DNA from: Limnothrix sp. BL-A-16
Lineage (GTDB): Bacteria > Cyanobacteriota > Cyanobacteriia > CACIAM-69d
Length of the DNA stretch: 64,000 nt
Direction: 5' to 3'
Assembly: GCA_041937175.2 (NCBI GenBank)
Contig: CP166615.1
Span: forward strand, 2,848,001-2,912,000
This document shows positions 49,686-60,753 of this stretch, one piece after another (position 1 is the first letter of the stretch; each line of letters starts with the position of its first letter). A program made the translations under genes and the position numbers. The notes below the pieces were generated by a model that was given only the letters and a program-made list of their open reading frames with translations, searched no databases and was not told the DNA's origin.

Positions 49686-51413
49686 TTACTCTGGCGGGGC
49701 GACTTCTGGGGCTGTGGGGGGGAGCGTTTGGGTCAAGCAGTTGGCATCTAAGAGCAAGAGTCCCTCTTGGGATTGAGCTGCCAAGCAGCGATCGACCCGT
49801 TGAGACAGCGCCGATCGCCGGCCACTGGCTAGCCAACGCCGGGCTTCTCCGTAGGCGGGTTGGTATTGCCGTAACCAGTCATTATTTTCCAAATAGTCGC
49901 GATCGAACGCGCCCGGATCCAGTAACCAGTGAGTGGGTTGATATTGGGCGATCGCGGCTCGCAACAGGCTGAGATCAGGGCTGTATTGGGCCCGCAGCAA
50001 GGTTTCCACGCGCGATCGAAACTCCCGGTAATAGCCCCAGTGGTAGGGAATTGCAAATTCAGCTCCCACCAAAACGGATTTACCGGCGAAGGTGGGGATG
50101 TTGCTGGCTTCGCCGGAAAGGGTGGCAATGCGCGTGTTGTTTGGATAGTCGGCCAAGATTTCATAGAGATCCGGTGCCTGACCGATCACGTAATTCGCTT
50201 TCGGGAACCCGCGCACGGCCAACGGATAGGCAACTAACAGCCCGATCGCCCCGAGCGTGAGACCCCAAGCCAAAAGTCGCCGCTGGCCTTGGGCCCAAGT
50301 CCAAAGCCGATCGAGCAGTAATACCACCACAATTCCTGTGCTGATCGCCAGGACTGCCCGCAGACCGTGCTGGGTGTAGCGACTGGGCAAGTGCAACCGA
50401 AACAGCAACAGATGGGCTAACCCAAAGCAACCGAAACTGGCCAGGGTCAACAATGGCAGAACTTCAATGCCCGATCGCACTTGAGACCAAAGGGGAAACC
50501 GATCGCGCCAGCGCCAAATCAGGAGCAAGCCCAATCCTAAGACCAGTAAGGGCGGCTCCAGAGGCGGTTGAATGCCGCTACGACCCGCCGACAGCCAAAA
50601 ACGCCCAAAATCTTCATAGAAAAAGCGCGATCGCCCATTGGGTAAAAATTCCGGTAACTGGCGCGCCTGGTCAACGGTAATAGTGGGGCCAAAGGCAGAT
50701 GCATTGGCCGCAAAGGGCAGCAACACCGCCACACAAACCCCCAGCCCGATCGCCCAAATACGCCAATGGGCCTCCCGCCGCCAAACCCCGATCGCTAGAC
50801 GCAGGGTCAACATGGCCGCCGTCACCAAAACATAGTGGGGATAAAAACCGCCCAACAGCCCGATCGCCAAACACAGCCCCCAGGGCGATCGCTTCACCCA
50901 AGCCCACAACACCATCAAAAACAGCGGATTCAAAAAAGCCCGCGCCGTGCCCGAAGCCAAATCGTCTTTCAGCCAAAGGTTTTGGAGGAACAGCAGCGCC
51001 GCCACAAAACCAGCAAAGGGAACCGGCAAAATGGCTCGCGTCACGGCCCAAGCCAACCCCCCGATCGCGCCACTGAGAATGAATGGCCACCCCTTGGCCG
51101 CCGTCACCGCCCCCCAATCCATCACTTCCGGGAACCAGTAGATGGCTCGAAATCCCCAGGGGGCAACGGATTCAAAATAATTCGCAATCCAATCGCCCGG
51201 AAACGCATCCGGGTGACTTAACCGCAACATCCAGAACAAATGTTGCCGACCGTCATCGGCCACCACATAGGGATCCGCAAAGGCTTCCGGCAAGATGGCC
51301 AAGCCATAGCCCAAGCCGAACAGAATACTGGCAATCCACCAGAGCCGATCGACCCAACGGGCTGGCTCGGGGTCAATCAAAAGCTGTCGAAGCCGGGCGA
51401 TCGCAGACATCAT
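49686..51413 (-). CDS. Polytopic membrane protein, possibly GT-C-fold glycosyltransferase
   Basis: About 11-13 hydrophobic segments; acidic DD motif (DDGRQH.FWM) after the first TM; soluble C-terminal domain; start uncertain (ORF open to 51644). Confidence 0.6.
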   Translation of the reverse strand: MMSAIARLRQLLIDPEPARWVDRLWWIASILFGLGYGLAILPEAFADPYVVADDGRQHLFWMLRLSHPDAFPGDWIANYFESVAPWGFRAIYWFPEVMDWGAVTAAKGWPFILSGAIGGLAWAVTRAILPVPFAGFVAALLFLQNLWLKDDLASGTARAFLNPLFLMVLWAWVKRSPWGLCLAIGLLGGFYPHYVLVTAAMLTLRLAIGVWRREAHWRIWAIGLGVCVAVLLPFAANASAFGPTITVDQARQLPEFLPNGRSRFFYEDFGRFWLSAGRSGIQPPLEPPLLVLGLGLLLIWRWRDRFPLWSQVRSGIEVLPLLTLASFGCFGLAHLLLFRLHLPSRYTQHGLRAVLAISTGIVVVLLLDRLWTWAQGQRRLLAWGLTLGAIGLLVAYPLAVRGFPKANYVIGQAPDLYEILADYPNNTRIATLSGEASNIPTFAGKSVLVGAEFAIPYHWGYYREFRSRVETLLRAQYSPDLSLLRAAIAQYQPTHWLLDPGAFDRDYLENNDWLRQYQPAYGEARRWLASGRRSALSQRVDRCLAAQSQEGLLLLDANCLTQTLPPTAPEVAPPE

Positions 51414-51704
51414 GGGGGTTTGGAAAAAGGGGCCAGGGTGTTGAACCGAATGTCGATCGCCATCAGTCATGGGTTCATCAACCATGGGTTCATCAACAAC
51501 AACCGAGAGCAACCCTAGCGCCAACTTCAGTGCAACGAAACAAAGGGTTTTGTGCTGATGGCTCTGTTGATTAGCCCATCTTGCCAGGCGATCGCCCCCT
51601 CGGGATCCTTCGTTTCCCCCTAGCACCACTGCCCCAACGGCCATTCAGATCCCAGACATCTGGTTTAGGCTGGTAATGAGCGATCGCAAAACACCTTGTG
51701 AACC

Positions 51705-52655
51705 ATGGGCTTCATTGACCCAAAAACGGATTTTGGCTTTAAGCGAATCTTCGCTTCTCCTAACAGCAGACCCATCTTGAAAAGCCTACTCAACGCCCTA
51801 ATTTATGATGGGCAACTGCGGATTCAAGATCTGGAAATTTTAGATCCCTACCAGCAGCCGGAAATTCCCGATTTTAAGTTGAGCATTTTGGATGTGAAAG
51901 CTCAGCTTGATGATGGCTCCACCGTGATTATTGAAATGCAGGTGGCCAAGGTGGAAGCCTTTATCCAGCGAATTTTGTATAACACCACCAAAGCCTATGC
52001 CAGCCAACTGGGACGGGGTAAGTATTATTGGGACTTGAGGCCCGTGATTGCCGTCACCATCACGGACTTTATCTTATTTGATGATCCAGAGGTGGATCAG
52101 GCCTTGCCCATTTCCCGGTTCAGCATTCTGAATGAAGAAACCCACGCCCTTTGCACCTCGCAATTGCGCTGGATTTTTGTAGAATTACCGAAATTTGGTA
52201 AGGATTTGGCGGACTTAGAAGGACTGGTCGATCGCTGGTTATTTTTCTTGCAACGGGCCGGGGAGTTGCAACAAGCTCCTCCGGAATTGACCAGCGATCA
52301 TGATTTACAGTCAGCCCTAGACATTGCCAACGAAAGTCAACTGTCTCCGGCAGAGTTGCGCTTTTTTGAGGCGGAACTCGATCGACTGCGCGTCATGCAA
52401 GGGCAAATTTTCAGCGCTCGGGACGAGGGTCTTGCGGAAGGACTAGCCGAAGGACTAGCTGAAGGGCTGGCTGAGGGGCGAGCTGAAGGGCTGGCAGCAG
52501 GGCGTGCGGAGGGGATGACCTTAGGGGCGAAGCAGCGAGAACTGGAAATTGCCCGCGAGCTGCTGAAAACACTGGATCCGGAAACGGTCAGCCGGGTGAC
52601 GGGGTTGTCGATCGAACAAGTGCAGGATCTGGCCCAAGCCACCGATGATCCTTAA
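51705..52655 (+). CDS. Rpn family recombination-promoting nuclease (PD-(D/E)XK, PDDEXK_2)
   Basis: FIDPKTDFGFKRIF, LDV.A......IIEMQ, FVELPKF, W..FL, C-terminal (EG.A)n repeats and TGLS.E.V tail. Confidence 0.9.
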   Translation: MGFIDPKTDFGFKRIFASPNSRPILKSLLNALIYDGQLRIQDLEILDPYQQPEIPDFKLSILDVKAQLDDGSTVIIEMQVAKVEAFIQRILYNTTKAYASQLGRGKYYWDLRPVIAVTITDFILFDDPEVDQALPISRFSILNEETHALCTSQLRWIFVELPKFGKDLADLEGLVDRWLFFLQRAGELQQAPPELTSDHDLQSALDIANESQLSPAELRFFEAELDRLRVMQGQIFSARDEGLAEGLAEGLAEGLAEGRAEGLAAGRAEGMTLGAKQRELEIARELLKTLDPETVSRVTGLSIEQVQDLAQATDDP

Positions 52656-52865
52656 AGTTGCACCAAAAATTGCACCCAAATTGCGCCGGGTTCATTAAGG
52701 CCAAAACACCAAACTCAACGGGTCATTTCGCCCACTGCAAACCAAGGACAAATCCCCAAAGGGCGAAACCCTTGCCTTATACTGCGATCAAACGCTCCCT
52801 GATCGCCCAAGAGCTAACGGGAGCAACGATTCGATCGGCTCTTTGAACCCACGCCGCAAACTACC

Positions 52866-53669
52866 ATGCTGGAACTGTACCAATTTGAGTTGTCGGCTTA
52901 CTGCGAGAAGGTGCGCCTTGCGCTGGATTACAAGAGCCTGGACTACCGCAAAGTTGAAGTGACTCCCGGAGTCGGGCAAATTGATGTTTTTCGGTTGTCG
53001 GGCCAGCGCCAAGTGCCCCTGCTGAAGGATGGCAACGAGGTGATTGCCGACTCAACCGCGATTTTGAACTATCTCGATCGCGCCTATCCCGATCGCCCGC
53101 TTTTGCCCACCAATCCTGCCGAGCGGGCCTTGGCGACGGTGCTGGAAGCTTGGGCCGATGATTCGTTCTATGCCGATGCCCGCAAGGTTTTTCTGGCCAC
53201 CCTGGGGCAAGATCCGGGCTACCGCACGGCCCTGTTGCCGGATGAAACGCCGGATCCGTTGAAAACCCTGGTGGGCTTCATTCCCGGCGAGGTTTTTGGA
53301 GTGATGGGAGCTGGTGTGGGTCTCACGCCGGAGGTGCTGAAAAAGGCTAAGGACAACCTTAGCCGTGCGATCGAAAGTCTATGCAGCCTTTTGGAAGCAA
53401 ATCCCTACCTAACTGGCAGTCAACCCACCCTGGCCGATGTGGCGGTGGCAGCGGTGAGTGTGTTGGTGAAAATTCCCAGCACGCCCTACTTTGATGTGCC
53501 GATCGGGCTGCGCGGGCGCGGCATTCCGGGCATTGCTGACAATCCGGCCTATGCTCGCTTCTTTGACTGGCGCGATCAGTTCTACCGTGACTTTCGCACG
53601 CCCTTGACCGGTGTGGCCAGTGCCAACCCCAGCAGCAATGCCGGGCCCACGACTATCTCGATCGACTAG
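52866..53669 (+). CDS. Glutathione S-transferase family protein
   Basis: LYQFELSAYCEKVR, GQRQVP.L.DG..VIADST.I, PTLADVAV. Confidence 0.9.
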   Translation: MLELYQFELSAYCEKVRLALDYKSLDYRKVEVTPGVGQIDVFRLSGQRQVPLLKDGNEVIADSTAILNYLDRAYPDRPLLPTNPAERALATVLEAWADDSFYADARKVFLATLGQDPGYRTALLPDETPDPLKTLVGFIPGEVFGVMGAGVGLTPEVLKKAKDNLSRAIESLCSLLEANPYLTGSQPTLADVAVAAVSVLVKIPSTPYFDVPIGLRGRGIPGIADNPAYARFFDWRDQFYRDFRTPLTGVASANPSSNAGPTTISID

Positions 53670-53772
53670 GGTTTAAGAGCGTGGTTCGATCGAGCTGTTG
53701 AAGGCTGAGTCACGCTCGATCGAACCCACAACGAACCCCCGATCGAACCCGATCAACCCCATCCCCACCCCT

Positions 53773-54300
53773 ATGCCGACTGCTCGCCGGGCCCGCCCCG
53801 ATCGCTCCGCTCGATCGCCTCGATCCTCTCGATCGCGGGTGACCCTGCTGTCGTTGTGGCAATCGCGGCGGGCCGCCCGCAGTCGCAAGGTCTCTCCTCT
53901 ACCTCCCAAGCCGCCACTACCGCGGCCCATTCAGCGCCTGAAGCGAATTCAGCGTTGGTCGGCCATTGCGGCAATGGTTTCAATCGCCCTGGCCGTGCTG
54001 GTGTATGCCCAAACGGTGCAGTTGCAACAGGCTTGGACAATGGACTATCGCAAGCTCCAAAGTCTTCAGCGCCAAGAACGAGACTTGCGCGTGGCCCTGG
54101 AGGTGTTGAAAGACAAGGTGGCCCGCCAAGCAGCGGCGGCCGACTCCACCTTGCAACCACCCCCACCGAAGCAACTGATTTTTCTGAAGCCGGCCAACGC
54201 GACGGAAGCCAACGGCCGATCGCCCAATATGCCCGCAGCGCTGCCCCCGGCCACAGGTGAAGGGCAACAACCCACCGAACCCAGACCGATCGGCTACTGA
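53773..54300 (+). CDS. Hypothetical single-TM coiled-coil protein (FtsL-like architecture)
   Basis: Basic N-tail, one TM, W...Y.KL..LQ..ER coiled coil, C-terminal P.GY; start uncertain. Confidence 0.55.
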   Translation: MPTARRARPDRSARSPRSSRSRVTLLSLWQSRRAARSRKVSPLPPKPPLPRPIQRLKRIQRWSAIAAMVSIALAVLVYAQTVQLQQAWTMDYRKLQSLQRQERDLRVALEVLKDKVARQAAAADSTLQPPPPKQLIFLKPANATEANGRSPNMPAALPPATGEGQQPTEPRPIGY

Positions 54301-54383
54301 TTTCCAGTTTCGATTCCCCATCCTGCGATGGTTACGGATCGCCCCTTGAGCCGCCCCTTGAGCCACTGAACCGCCACTCGGAT

Positions 54384-55619
54384 TTAGGCTCGGCGGTAGC
54401 GCATTCCCGGCAAGTTTTCCACCAGTCCCAATAATTCCAACTCCGTGAGGGCTGCCATCACATTCCCGGGACTGAGGCCACTGGCCGCCACGATCGCATC
54501 AAAGGCCGTGGGGGTTGGATCGATCGCCCGCAAAACGGCAGCCGGAGCCGGAGCCAAGTTTGGTGGTGGCGGCGTTGGGGCGACGGCCGGCTTGGCCGTT
54601 GGGATTGGCCCAGGGGCAGCGGGCCCCGGAACGGGCGATCGGGCGGTTTCAATGACGGTGGCAGATTCCGCTCGATCGAGCTGGGGCAGGGCCCCCAAGC
54701 AATCCAACAGATGGTTTTCACTCAAAATGACCTGCGCCCCGCTGTTAATCAGCTTCAGGCAACCGGCCGAAAGGGGCATGTCCAATGACCCGGGCAACAC
54801 ATAAACATCCCGGCCATAGTCGGCCGCTTGGTTAGCGGTGATCAACGCTCCCGATCGCTCGCCGCCTTCAATCACGATGGTTGCCCGCGCCAGCCCCGCC
54901 ACAATTCGGTTACGACGCGGAAAGTGCGCGCGATCGGGCCCCGTGCCGCTGGGATATTCACTGAGGGCAAACCCGGAGCCGGGATAGTCAAACGCGCCCA
55001 CAATTCGACCATAGAGATCGCGGTTGCCCGAGGGATAGACCCGATCGACCCCGGTTCCCAGGACGGCAATGGTACGCCCACCCGCCGCTAAACAAGCACG
55101 ATGGCTTTCCGCATCCACCCCCTCCGCCAAGCCAGAAACAATGCCAAACCCCGCTTGGGTGAGACAGGTGGTGAGCCGATTAGTCCATCGTTGGCCATAG
55201 TCCGATGGTTGGCGCGTGCCCACGATCGCCACCAGGGGTTGCGTTCCCTGGAGTTCCGCCGGGTGGGGCTGGCCTCGGTAATACAACAGAGCTGGGAAAT
55301 CCGGCAACTCTCGCAAAAGTTGGGGATAGTCTGGATCGGCGGGAGTCCAAAACTGGGGATTTTTTTGAGTCCAATCGGCCAAGAGGCGCTCAGGATCGAT
55401 CGCCGATCGCCCGTCCAGGATTTTTGCCAGCCGCTGGGGGCCGATACCTTCGATGGGGGCTAAGTCCGCCGGATCCGCTTGCCAAGCGGTGGCCAAGGAA
55501 CCAAAGGCCCGCTGGAGCCGCTGCAAGAGCACGGGGCCCACATCCGAAATCTGCGACCAGGCCAACCAGGCGGCTCGCTCCGTGGGGGGTGCAGTGGGGT
55601 GCGATCGGGACAGATTCAA
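54384..55619 (-). CDS. dprA: DNA-processing protein DprA
   Basis: VAIVGTR, IVSGLAEGVD, F..RNRIVAG, SGALITA, C-terminal winged helix LTELEL.GLV..LPG.RY. Confidence 0.93.
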   Translation of the reverse strand: MNLSRSHPTAPPTERAAWLAWSQISDVGPVLLQRLQRAFGSLATAWQADPADLAPIEGIGPQRLAKILDGRSAIDPERLLADWTQKNPQFWTPADPDYPQLLRELPDFPALLYYRGQPHPAELQGTQPLVAIVGTRQPSDYGQRWTNRLTTCLTQAGFGIVSGLAEGVDAESHRACLAAGGRTIAVLGTGVDRVYPSGNRDLYGRIVGAFDYPGSGFALSEYPSGTGPDRAHFPRRNRIVAGLARATIVIEGGERSGALITANQAADYGRDVYVLPGSLDMPLSAGCLKLINSGAQVILSENHLLDCLGALPQLDRAESATVIETARSPVPGPAAPGPIPTAKPAVAPTPPPPNLAPAPAAVLRAIDPTPTAFDAIVAASGLSPGNVMAALTELELLGLVENLPGMRYRRA

Positions 55620-56067
55620 AACCGAAAATCCCTGAAACTCATCTGAAAATTCTGGATAGCCAGTCCGCGTTCCAATCGGTGATTGTGATTGCCTCCACGA
55701 TCCATTCCGCGATCGCGAGATCAGGCCAGATCAACACACCAGATCAACACAATCGTGCGAATCATGATCCACCGAATCATCTACCGATCAGCCACATGAT
55801 CGGCCACAATCGTCCACAGCGCTAATTACTAGGGCTAATTAACAGTGAACGGATTTGGTATCAACCGATTGGTATCATAGGGGGGCTATCGCGTCGTGTT
55901 CGATCGAGACTGCCTTAGCCAGTCGTTCGATCGCGATTCGACAGTGCCCTTGTGGGCCCCGCCAGAACTAAGCCACCGTTGCAACTTTTGCTGCCGCGTT
56001 GGCCCTGGCCCAGGCTCGCCCCACAACTTGGCTGCCCAAGCCTCTTTCCTCGTTCGGAGCAATACAA

Positions 56068-56184
56068 ATGCTGGCGCTTAAAATCACTGTATACGTTGTT
56101 GTCTCGTTCTTCATTGGCCTGTTTGTGTTTGGTTTTCTGTCCAACGACCCGGCCCGGAACCCCAACCGTCGCGATTTTGAATAA
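56068..56184 (+). CDS. psbI: Photosystem II reaction centre protein I
   Basis: [45 protein letters not shown] upstream. Confidence 0.97.
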   Translation: MLALKITVYVVVSFFIGLFVFGFLSNDPARNPNRRDFE

Positions 56185-56515
56185 ACCTGGGCTGGATTTT
56201 GGAATGCCATCGCGGGCCATCGATGGGTTGCCCATCAGCGCGATCGCAATTCCAAACTCAATCCGGTTCCTTGTGTTGATGATGAAACTCAGCGATAGCG
56301 ACCAGTTTGCTACGCTGAGTTTTTGTGTGTGGCAGCAAGGATCCGAATGGCGGCATCTCCTGCCATATCCCCAGTACAATGACCACGCAAGCACGCTCAC
56401 CCAGCGGATCGCTTAGGGCTGAGTGGTGGCCGGCTGGATGGTTTACTTGCGATCGAGATCCGGCTCGATGGTGTGGTTGATTGTCGTGATTTTTTGCTCA
56501 TTGGACGACTGATTT

Positions 56516-59260
56516 ATGCCCTATCCGGTGCTACCGCCCGAGATGCCGCCGCTAGTCCAGGACGTGGCTGTAACGCGGGAAACTGAGCCGACGGCCGCCG
56601 AGGGCGATCGCCCCCCTGAGCCAAATTCAACTGCCCCTGCATTGGTTCCATTGCGCCGGTTGGGATCTCTGCCACCTCGGCCGGTTCGCAGCTTGCGGCC
56701 CGGCTCCTTGCGAGATTTTCGGCAACAGTACCGCCAAGACCGGCGGGCCGCCGACCAATTGGGGCCGGATCGGGCCTTGATTCACATCGATCGGCAAATT
56801 GATCCGCCCAGCCGACAAAACCCGCCCCGCCCGCAGACTGACGAGCGGCCAACTGCCACCAGCAACGGGAAAAACCCGCCGGCTGGATTGCCGCCACTGC
56901 GTCGCTGGGCAAGACCCACTCGCGATCAAACAACGCCCCCCCAGTTAACCCAGTCCACCGATCGACCGTCAGCCACCAACCCTGGCCAACTCGGGGGATC
57001 CACAGCAGCCGGATCCACAGCAGCCGGATCCACGGTCTACGCCGCCCAGGATTCAACGAATCCACCCAATGCTCAAGGCGCTGGGCAACGGCTCCGGGCA
57101 GATAGTTTTGATGAGGATCCCCTGCGGAATGTGCCGCCTCTGTTTCCTCGGGAGGGCCCGGGGCCGGTGACCGAACCGCCCAACGGAACCGAGGGGCAAG
57201 AAGCACCCCCTCCAACCCCCACAACGGGCGATCCACCATTCCCGCCGCGATCGAGCGATCAACCGCCATCCCCCACGGATCCGCAACCGACGGAGCGACC
57301 GATCGACCCCGATCGACCGCCCCAACCGGTGAATGCGGGCGACCCCAATAATTCACCAAGCCGCACCGATCGACCCGGGGGCGGCCGGCCCCCGCGGCCG
57401 GAATTGCCTAACTTGCCGCCCGGCGCGATCGGGGCGATTGAGGTGACAGCCGATCAACAGGAATTCGACTCGGTTCGGCAAATTTTCATCGCGATCGGCA
57501 ACGTCACCATGCGTTACCAAGGAGCCGTGATCAATGCCGATCGGCTCCAGGTCAGCCTTGATAATCGGATTGCCCTCGCAGAAGGCAACGTAGCCCTCAC
57601 CCGTGGCCAGCAGGTGATTCGGGGCGCAAGGATGGAATACAACCTGGTGCAGGGGGATGGTTCCCTGTTTGAGAGCTACGGCGAAATTTTCCAGCCCACC
57701 ACTGGCGAAGACTTTGCCCCGGCCGAGGTGATCACCGCTGGGCCCTATAATCCCGCCCTCGATCGGCCCTTGAGCGATCGCATTTCCGCCAATGAACCGC
57801 TGCGGGAGGTGCGCCAAACGGGGCAATTTGGGCTGCAAGTGGGCACGGGCAATTTTGGGCTATTGGATCCGCCGCCGGGCCAGGTGGGCGAGGTGCAAAA
57901 CTTCCGCTTCCAGGCCGATCGGGTGGATTTTGACCCCAATGGCTGGGTCGCCCAAAACGTGCGGATTACCAACGATCCCTTCTCGCCCCCGGAAACGGAA
58001 ATTCGGGCCGATCGGGCCCGGCTGCGGCGCTTGTCGCCCTTGCGGGATGAGCTAATCGCCGATCGGCCCCGGGTGGTGTTTGACAATCGCTTTACCCTGC
58101 CCCTGTTGGTGCGTCGAACGGTGATTGATCGCCGGGAACAGCCGCCCCAGCCCTTTGAAATTCGCTACGACGGTGAAGATCGAGGCGGGCTATACATTCA
58201 ACGGCAGTTCGACGTAATTCGCACACCCCGAGTTCGTCTGCGGGTCACGCCTCAATACCTGATCCAGCGGGCCCTATTTGACGAAGAAGCCAATGGGCCG
58301 ATCGGGCTAGATGTGTTGGGTTTGCAAGCCCGACTAACGGCGCAATTGTCCCCCACCACCTCTTTGCTGGGCGTGGTGCGGGCCGTGACCCTCGATCCTG
58401 ATCGCTTTGAAGATGACTTCCGGGGCAGCGTTCGGCTCAATCAAATCATCCCCACCGGTTGGGGCCCCCATTCCCTCACCCTGGAATATAGCTATCGCGA
58501 TCGGCTGTTTAACGGCTCCTTTGGGTTCCGCACCGTGCAGCGCAGCATCGGGGCCGTCTTTGCCTCGCCCCAAATTCGCATCGGCAACACCGGCTTCATT
58601 GCCAACTACCAATTGGGCTACCAAAACATCAATGCCCAATCGGACTTTGGTGATCTGATTGATGAACCCAGCCGCAACACGGACGATCGAATCACCCTCG
58701 ATCGCACCCAAATGGCGATTGCAGTGGCCCGCCCGATCGTCCTGTGGCGTGGCGAAGCCTTACCGGCCACACCCGAAGCCGGCCTGCGCTACAGTCCCGT
58801 GGCCCTGCGGCCGAGCATTGTGCTGGTTCCCCGCTTGCAGATGGTTTGGCAAAACTACAGCAGCGGCGACTATCAAAACGTGCTCACCGGCTCGATCGTC
58901 CTCCAGGGACAGTTGGGCCATTTTTCCCGTCCTTGGCTAGACTACACAGCCTTCACCTTGGGCTACATCGAAAACTGGCGACATGGTTCCTCGCCCTTCC
59001 TGTTCGATCGCGTCGGTGATGCGCGGGTGGTGGTCGTTGGCCTCACTCAGCAAATTTATGGCCCCTTCCGGGTTGGCTTCCAACAGGTCTACAACGTCGA
59101 TACGGGCGAACGGATCGACAGTAACTACACCTTGGAATATAGCCGCCGCACCTACGGTCTGCTGTTGCGCGTTGATCCAGAGCGCCAATCCGGCTCCCTG
59201 CAACTGCGCATCACGGATTTCAACTGGACGGGCAGCGGCCAGGAATTTGGTGATATCTAG
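56516..59260 (+). CDS. DUF3769 / LptD(OstA)-like outer-membrane protein with long Pro-rich N-terminus
   Basis: MPYPV.PP start, IEVTADQQEFD OstA-like region, R.TNDPFSPPE, SPFLFDR, LEYSRRTYG, RI.DFNW.G; follows psbI. Confidence 0.8.
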   Translation: MPYPVLPPEMPPLVQDVAVTRETEPTAAEGDRPPEPNSTAPALVPLRRLGSLPPRPVRSLRPGSLRDFRQQYRQDRRAADQLGPDRALIHIDRQIDPPSRQNPPRPQTDERPTATSNGKNPPAGLPPLRRWARPTRDQTTPPQLTQSTDRPSATNPGQLGGSTAAGSTAAGSTVYAAQDSTNPPNAQGAGQRLRADSFDEDPLRNVPPLFPREGPGPVTEPPNGTEGQEAPPPTPTTGDPPFPPRSSDQPPSPTDPQPTERPIDPDRPPQPVNAGDPNNSPSRTDRPGGGRPPRPELPNLPPGAIGAIEVTADQQEFDSVRQIFIAIGNVTMRYQGAVINADRLQVSLDNRIALAEGNVALTRGQQVIRGARMEYNLVQGDGSLFESYGEIFQPTTGEDFAPAEVITAGPYNPALDRPLSDRISANEPLREVRQTGQFGLQVGTGNFGLLDPPPGQVGEVQNFRFQADRVDFDPNGWVAQNVRITNDPFSPPETEIRADRARLRRLSPLRDELIADRPRVVFDNRFTLPLLVRRTVIDRREQPPQPFEIRYDGEDRGGLYIQRQFDVIRTPRVRLRVTPQYLIQRALFDEEANGPIGLDVLGLQARLTAQLSPTTSLLGVVRAVTLDPDRFEDDFRGSVRLNQIIPTGWGPHSLTLEYSYRDRLFNGSFGFRTVQRSIGAVFASPQIRIGNTGFIANYQLGYQNINAQSDFGDLIDEPSRNTDDRITLDRTQMAIAVARPIVLWRGEALPATPEAGLRYSPVALRPSIVLVPRLQMVWQNYSSGDYQNVLTGSIVLQGQLGHFSRPWLDYTAFTLGYIENWRHGSSPFLFDRVGDARVVVVGLTQQIYGPFRVGFQQVYNVDTGERIDSNYTLEYSRRTYGLLLRVDPERQSGSLQLRITDFNWTGSGQEFGDI

Positions 59261-59395
59261 GCCAAACTCTCGATATGGCCTGATCACCTTGACCTCAAGC
59301 CTTGATCTAAAACGATCGGCACGTCATGAAACAGATGCCATGAAGCGATTAACAGGTGGGCAATGCCCATCCCACAGGCCGCTCAAACCTTGCTC

Positions 59396-60364
59396 TTAAA
59401 TGGGCAGGTTGGCCCTGGGGTCGAACGACTCGATCGCCCGTAATTGCTCATACAACGCCAACTCATCGGTACTTAACTGGGTTGGCGTAGCAATTTGAAT
59501 TTCCACAATCTGATCGCCCCGGCGATCGCGGTTGATCGGATAGCCCTTATTCGACAGACGCAGCCGCTGGCCATGGCGCACCCCGCGCGGCAGGTTCATC
59601 TTCACCATCCCATCCAAGGTCGGTACCTCGATCGCGCTGCCCAACACCGCCTCGCTGGGAGTGACGGGCACTTCGCAATAGAGATCGACCCCCTCCAACC
59701 GGAAAAAGTCGTGGGGAGCAACGGTGATTTTCAGGAACAAATCACCCCCATTAATCCCCTGATTTTTGAGGCGGATTCGTTGGCCCGTCACCAACCCTGG
59801 CGGCATGTTCACCTCCAGCGATCGGCCGTCTTCTAGCCGAATTCGTTCCCGACCACCGCTAAAGGCCTTTTCTAGGGGAATGGTTAACCGTGCTTCCGCG
59901 TCCCGGGCAACCGGTGGTTTCACGGTATAGGCCGTGCGGGTTGTGCCAGGCCGGTAGTAATCTCGATTGCCCGGTTGGGGTGGGGCCGTCGGTTCGCCGC
60001 GTCGATTCAACAGCCGATCGACAAAGCTATTGAAGTCAATAAACTCGCTGTAGTCCAGGTTGTCCGCCACCCGGGACTCGGAGCGATCGCCCCAGGTGCG
60101 TCCTGCCGCCGCCCGGCGGGCATTTTGGAATCCTTTCTGTTTCCAAAATTTGCTGTATTCGTCGTACTGGGCCCGCTTGGTTGTGTCCGACAGCACCTCG
60201 TAGGCTTCGCCAATGTCCTTGAATCGCTCTTCGGCTTCCTTGTTTCCGGGGTTCAGGTCGGGGTGATATTGCCGAGCCAGTCGCCGGAAGGCCCGTTTAA
60301 TTTCGTCGCCGCTGGCCTCTTTGGCAACACCGAGAATTGCGTAGTAGTTGCGGAAGTTTTGCAT
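59396..60364 (-). CDS. DnaJ-class chaperone without zinc finger (CbpA-like)
   Basis: J domain with HPD, AYEVLSD; DnaJ C-terminal domain. Confidence 0.9.
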   Translation of the reverse strand: MQNFRNYYAILGVAKEASGDEIKRAFRRLARQYHPDLNPGNKEAEERFKDIGEAYEVLSDTTKRAQYDEYSKFWKQKGFQNARRAAAGRTWGDRSESRVADNLDYSEFIDFNSFVDRLLNRRGEPTAPPQPGNRDYYRPGTTRTAYTVKPPVARDAEARLTIPLEKAFSGGRERIRLEDGRSLEVNMPPGLVTGQRIRLKNQGINGGDLFLKITVAPHDFFRLEGVDLYCEVPVTPSEAVLGSAIEVPTLDGMVKMNLPRGVRHGQRLRLSNKGYPINRDRRGDQIVEIQIATPTQLSTDELALYEQLRAIESFDPRANLPI

Positions 60365-60753
60365 TCGGGGAGGTCAAGTTCAAACGGCTGCGATCGCGAT
60401 CGGCGCTTCGGCTTTCCAGCTTACCGCGATGGGCCCTTAGGCGTTCGATCGGCTAACCGATCCGGTCAATTGGCAGCGCGATCGGCCATCTTCGGCCATC
60501 TAATGACTTGGCCGCAGGTTGCGATCGCCCAACCCTTCCAAGCGCGATCGGCAGCAGGTGACCGGAGCCTAATCGGGAGCCTAATCGGGAGCGTCATGGA
60601 TCAACCCGCATGTCTTGATCCATGTCTTGATCGGAGATGTCCCCTGACCCCGGGCGATCGCCCCTCAGCTATAGTGAGGGAATGGAGCCAATCACGGCGC
60701 GATCGCCCGTCCGGCTCGGATTTTTGACTTGTTATTTGTTGATTAAACCCATC

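Noticed and set aside
51705..52655. Rpn gene as an insertion sequence
   Set aside because: No terminal inverted repeats or target duplication were seen; the putative transposase label of this family is not supported by element ends
55684..55699. CRP-like site upstream of dprA (TGTGA-N6-CCACG)
   Set aside because: Only 8 of 10 consensus positions match, within a low-complexity repeat region; could easily be chance
56516..57420. Pro-rich N-terminus of the DUF3769 protein with GSTAA repeats as a separate element
   Set aside because: It is in frame with the conserved domain, and variable low-complexity linkers are usual in this family
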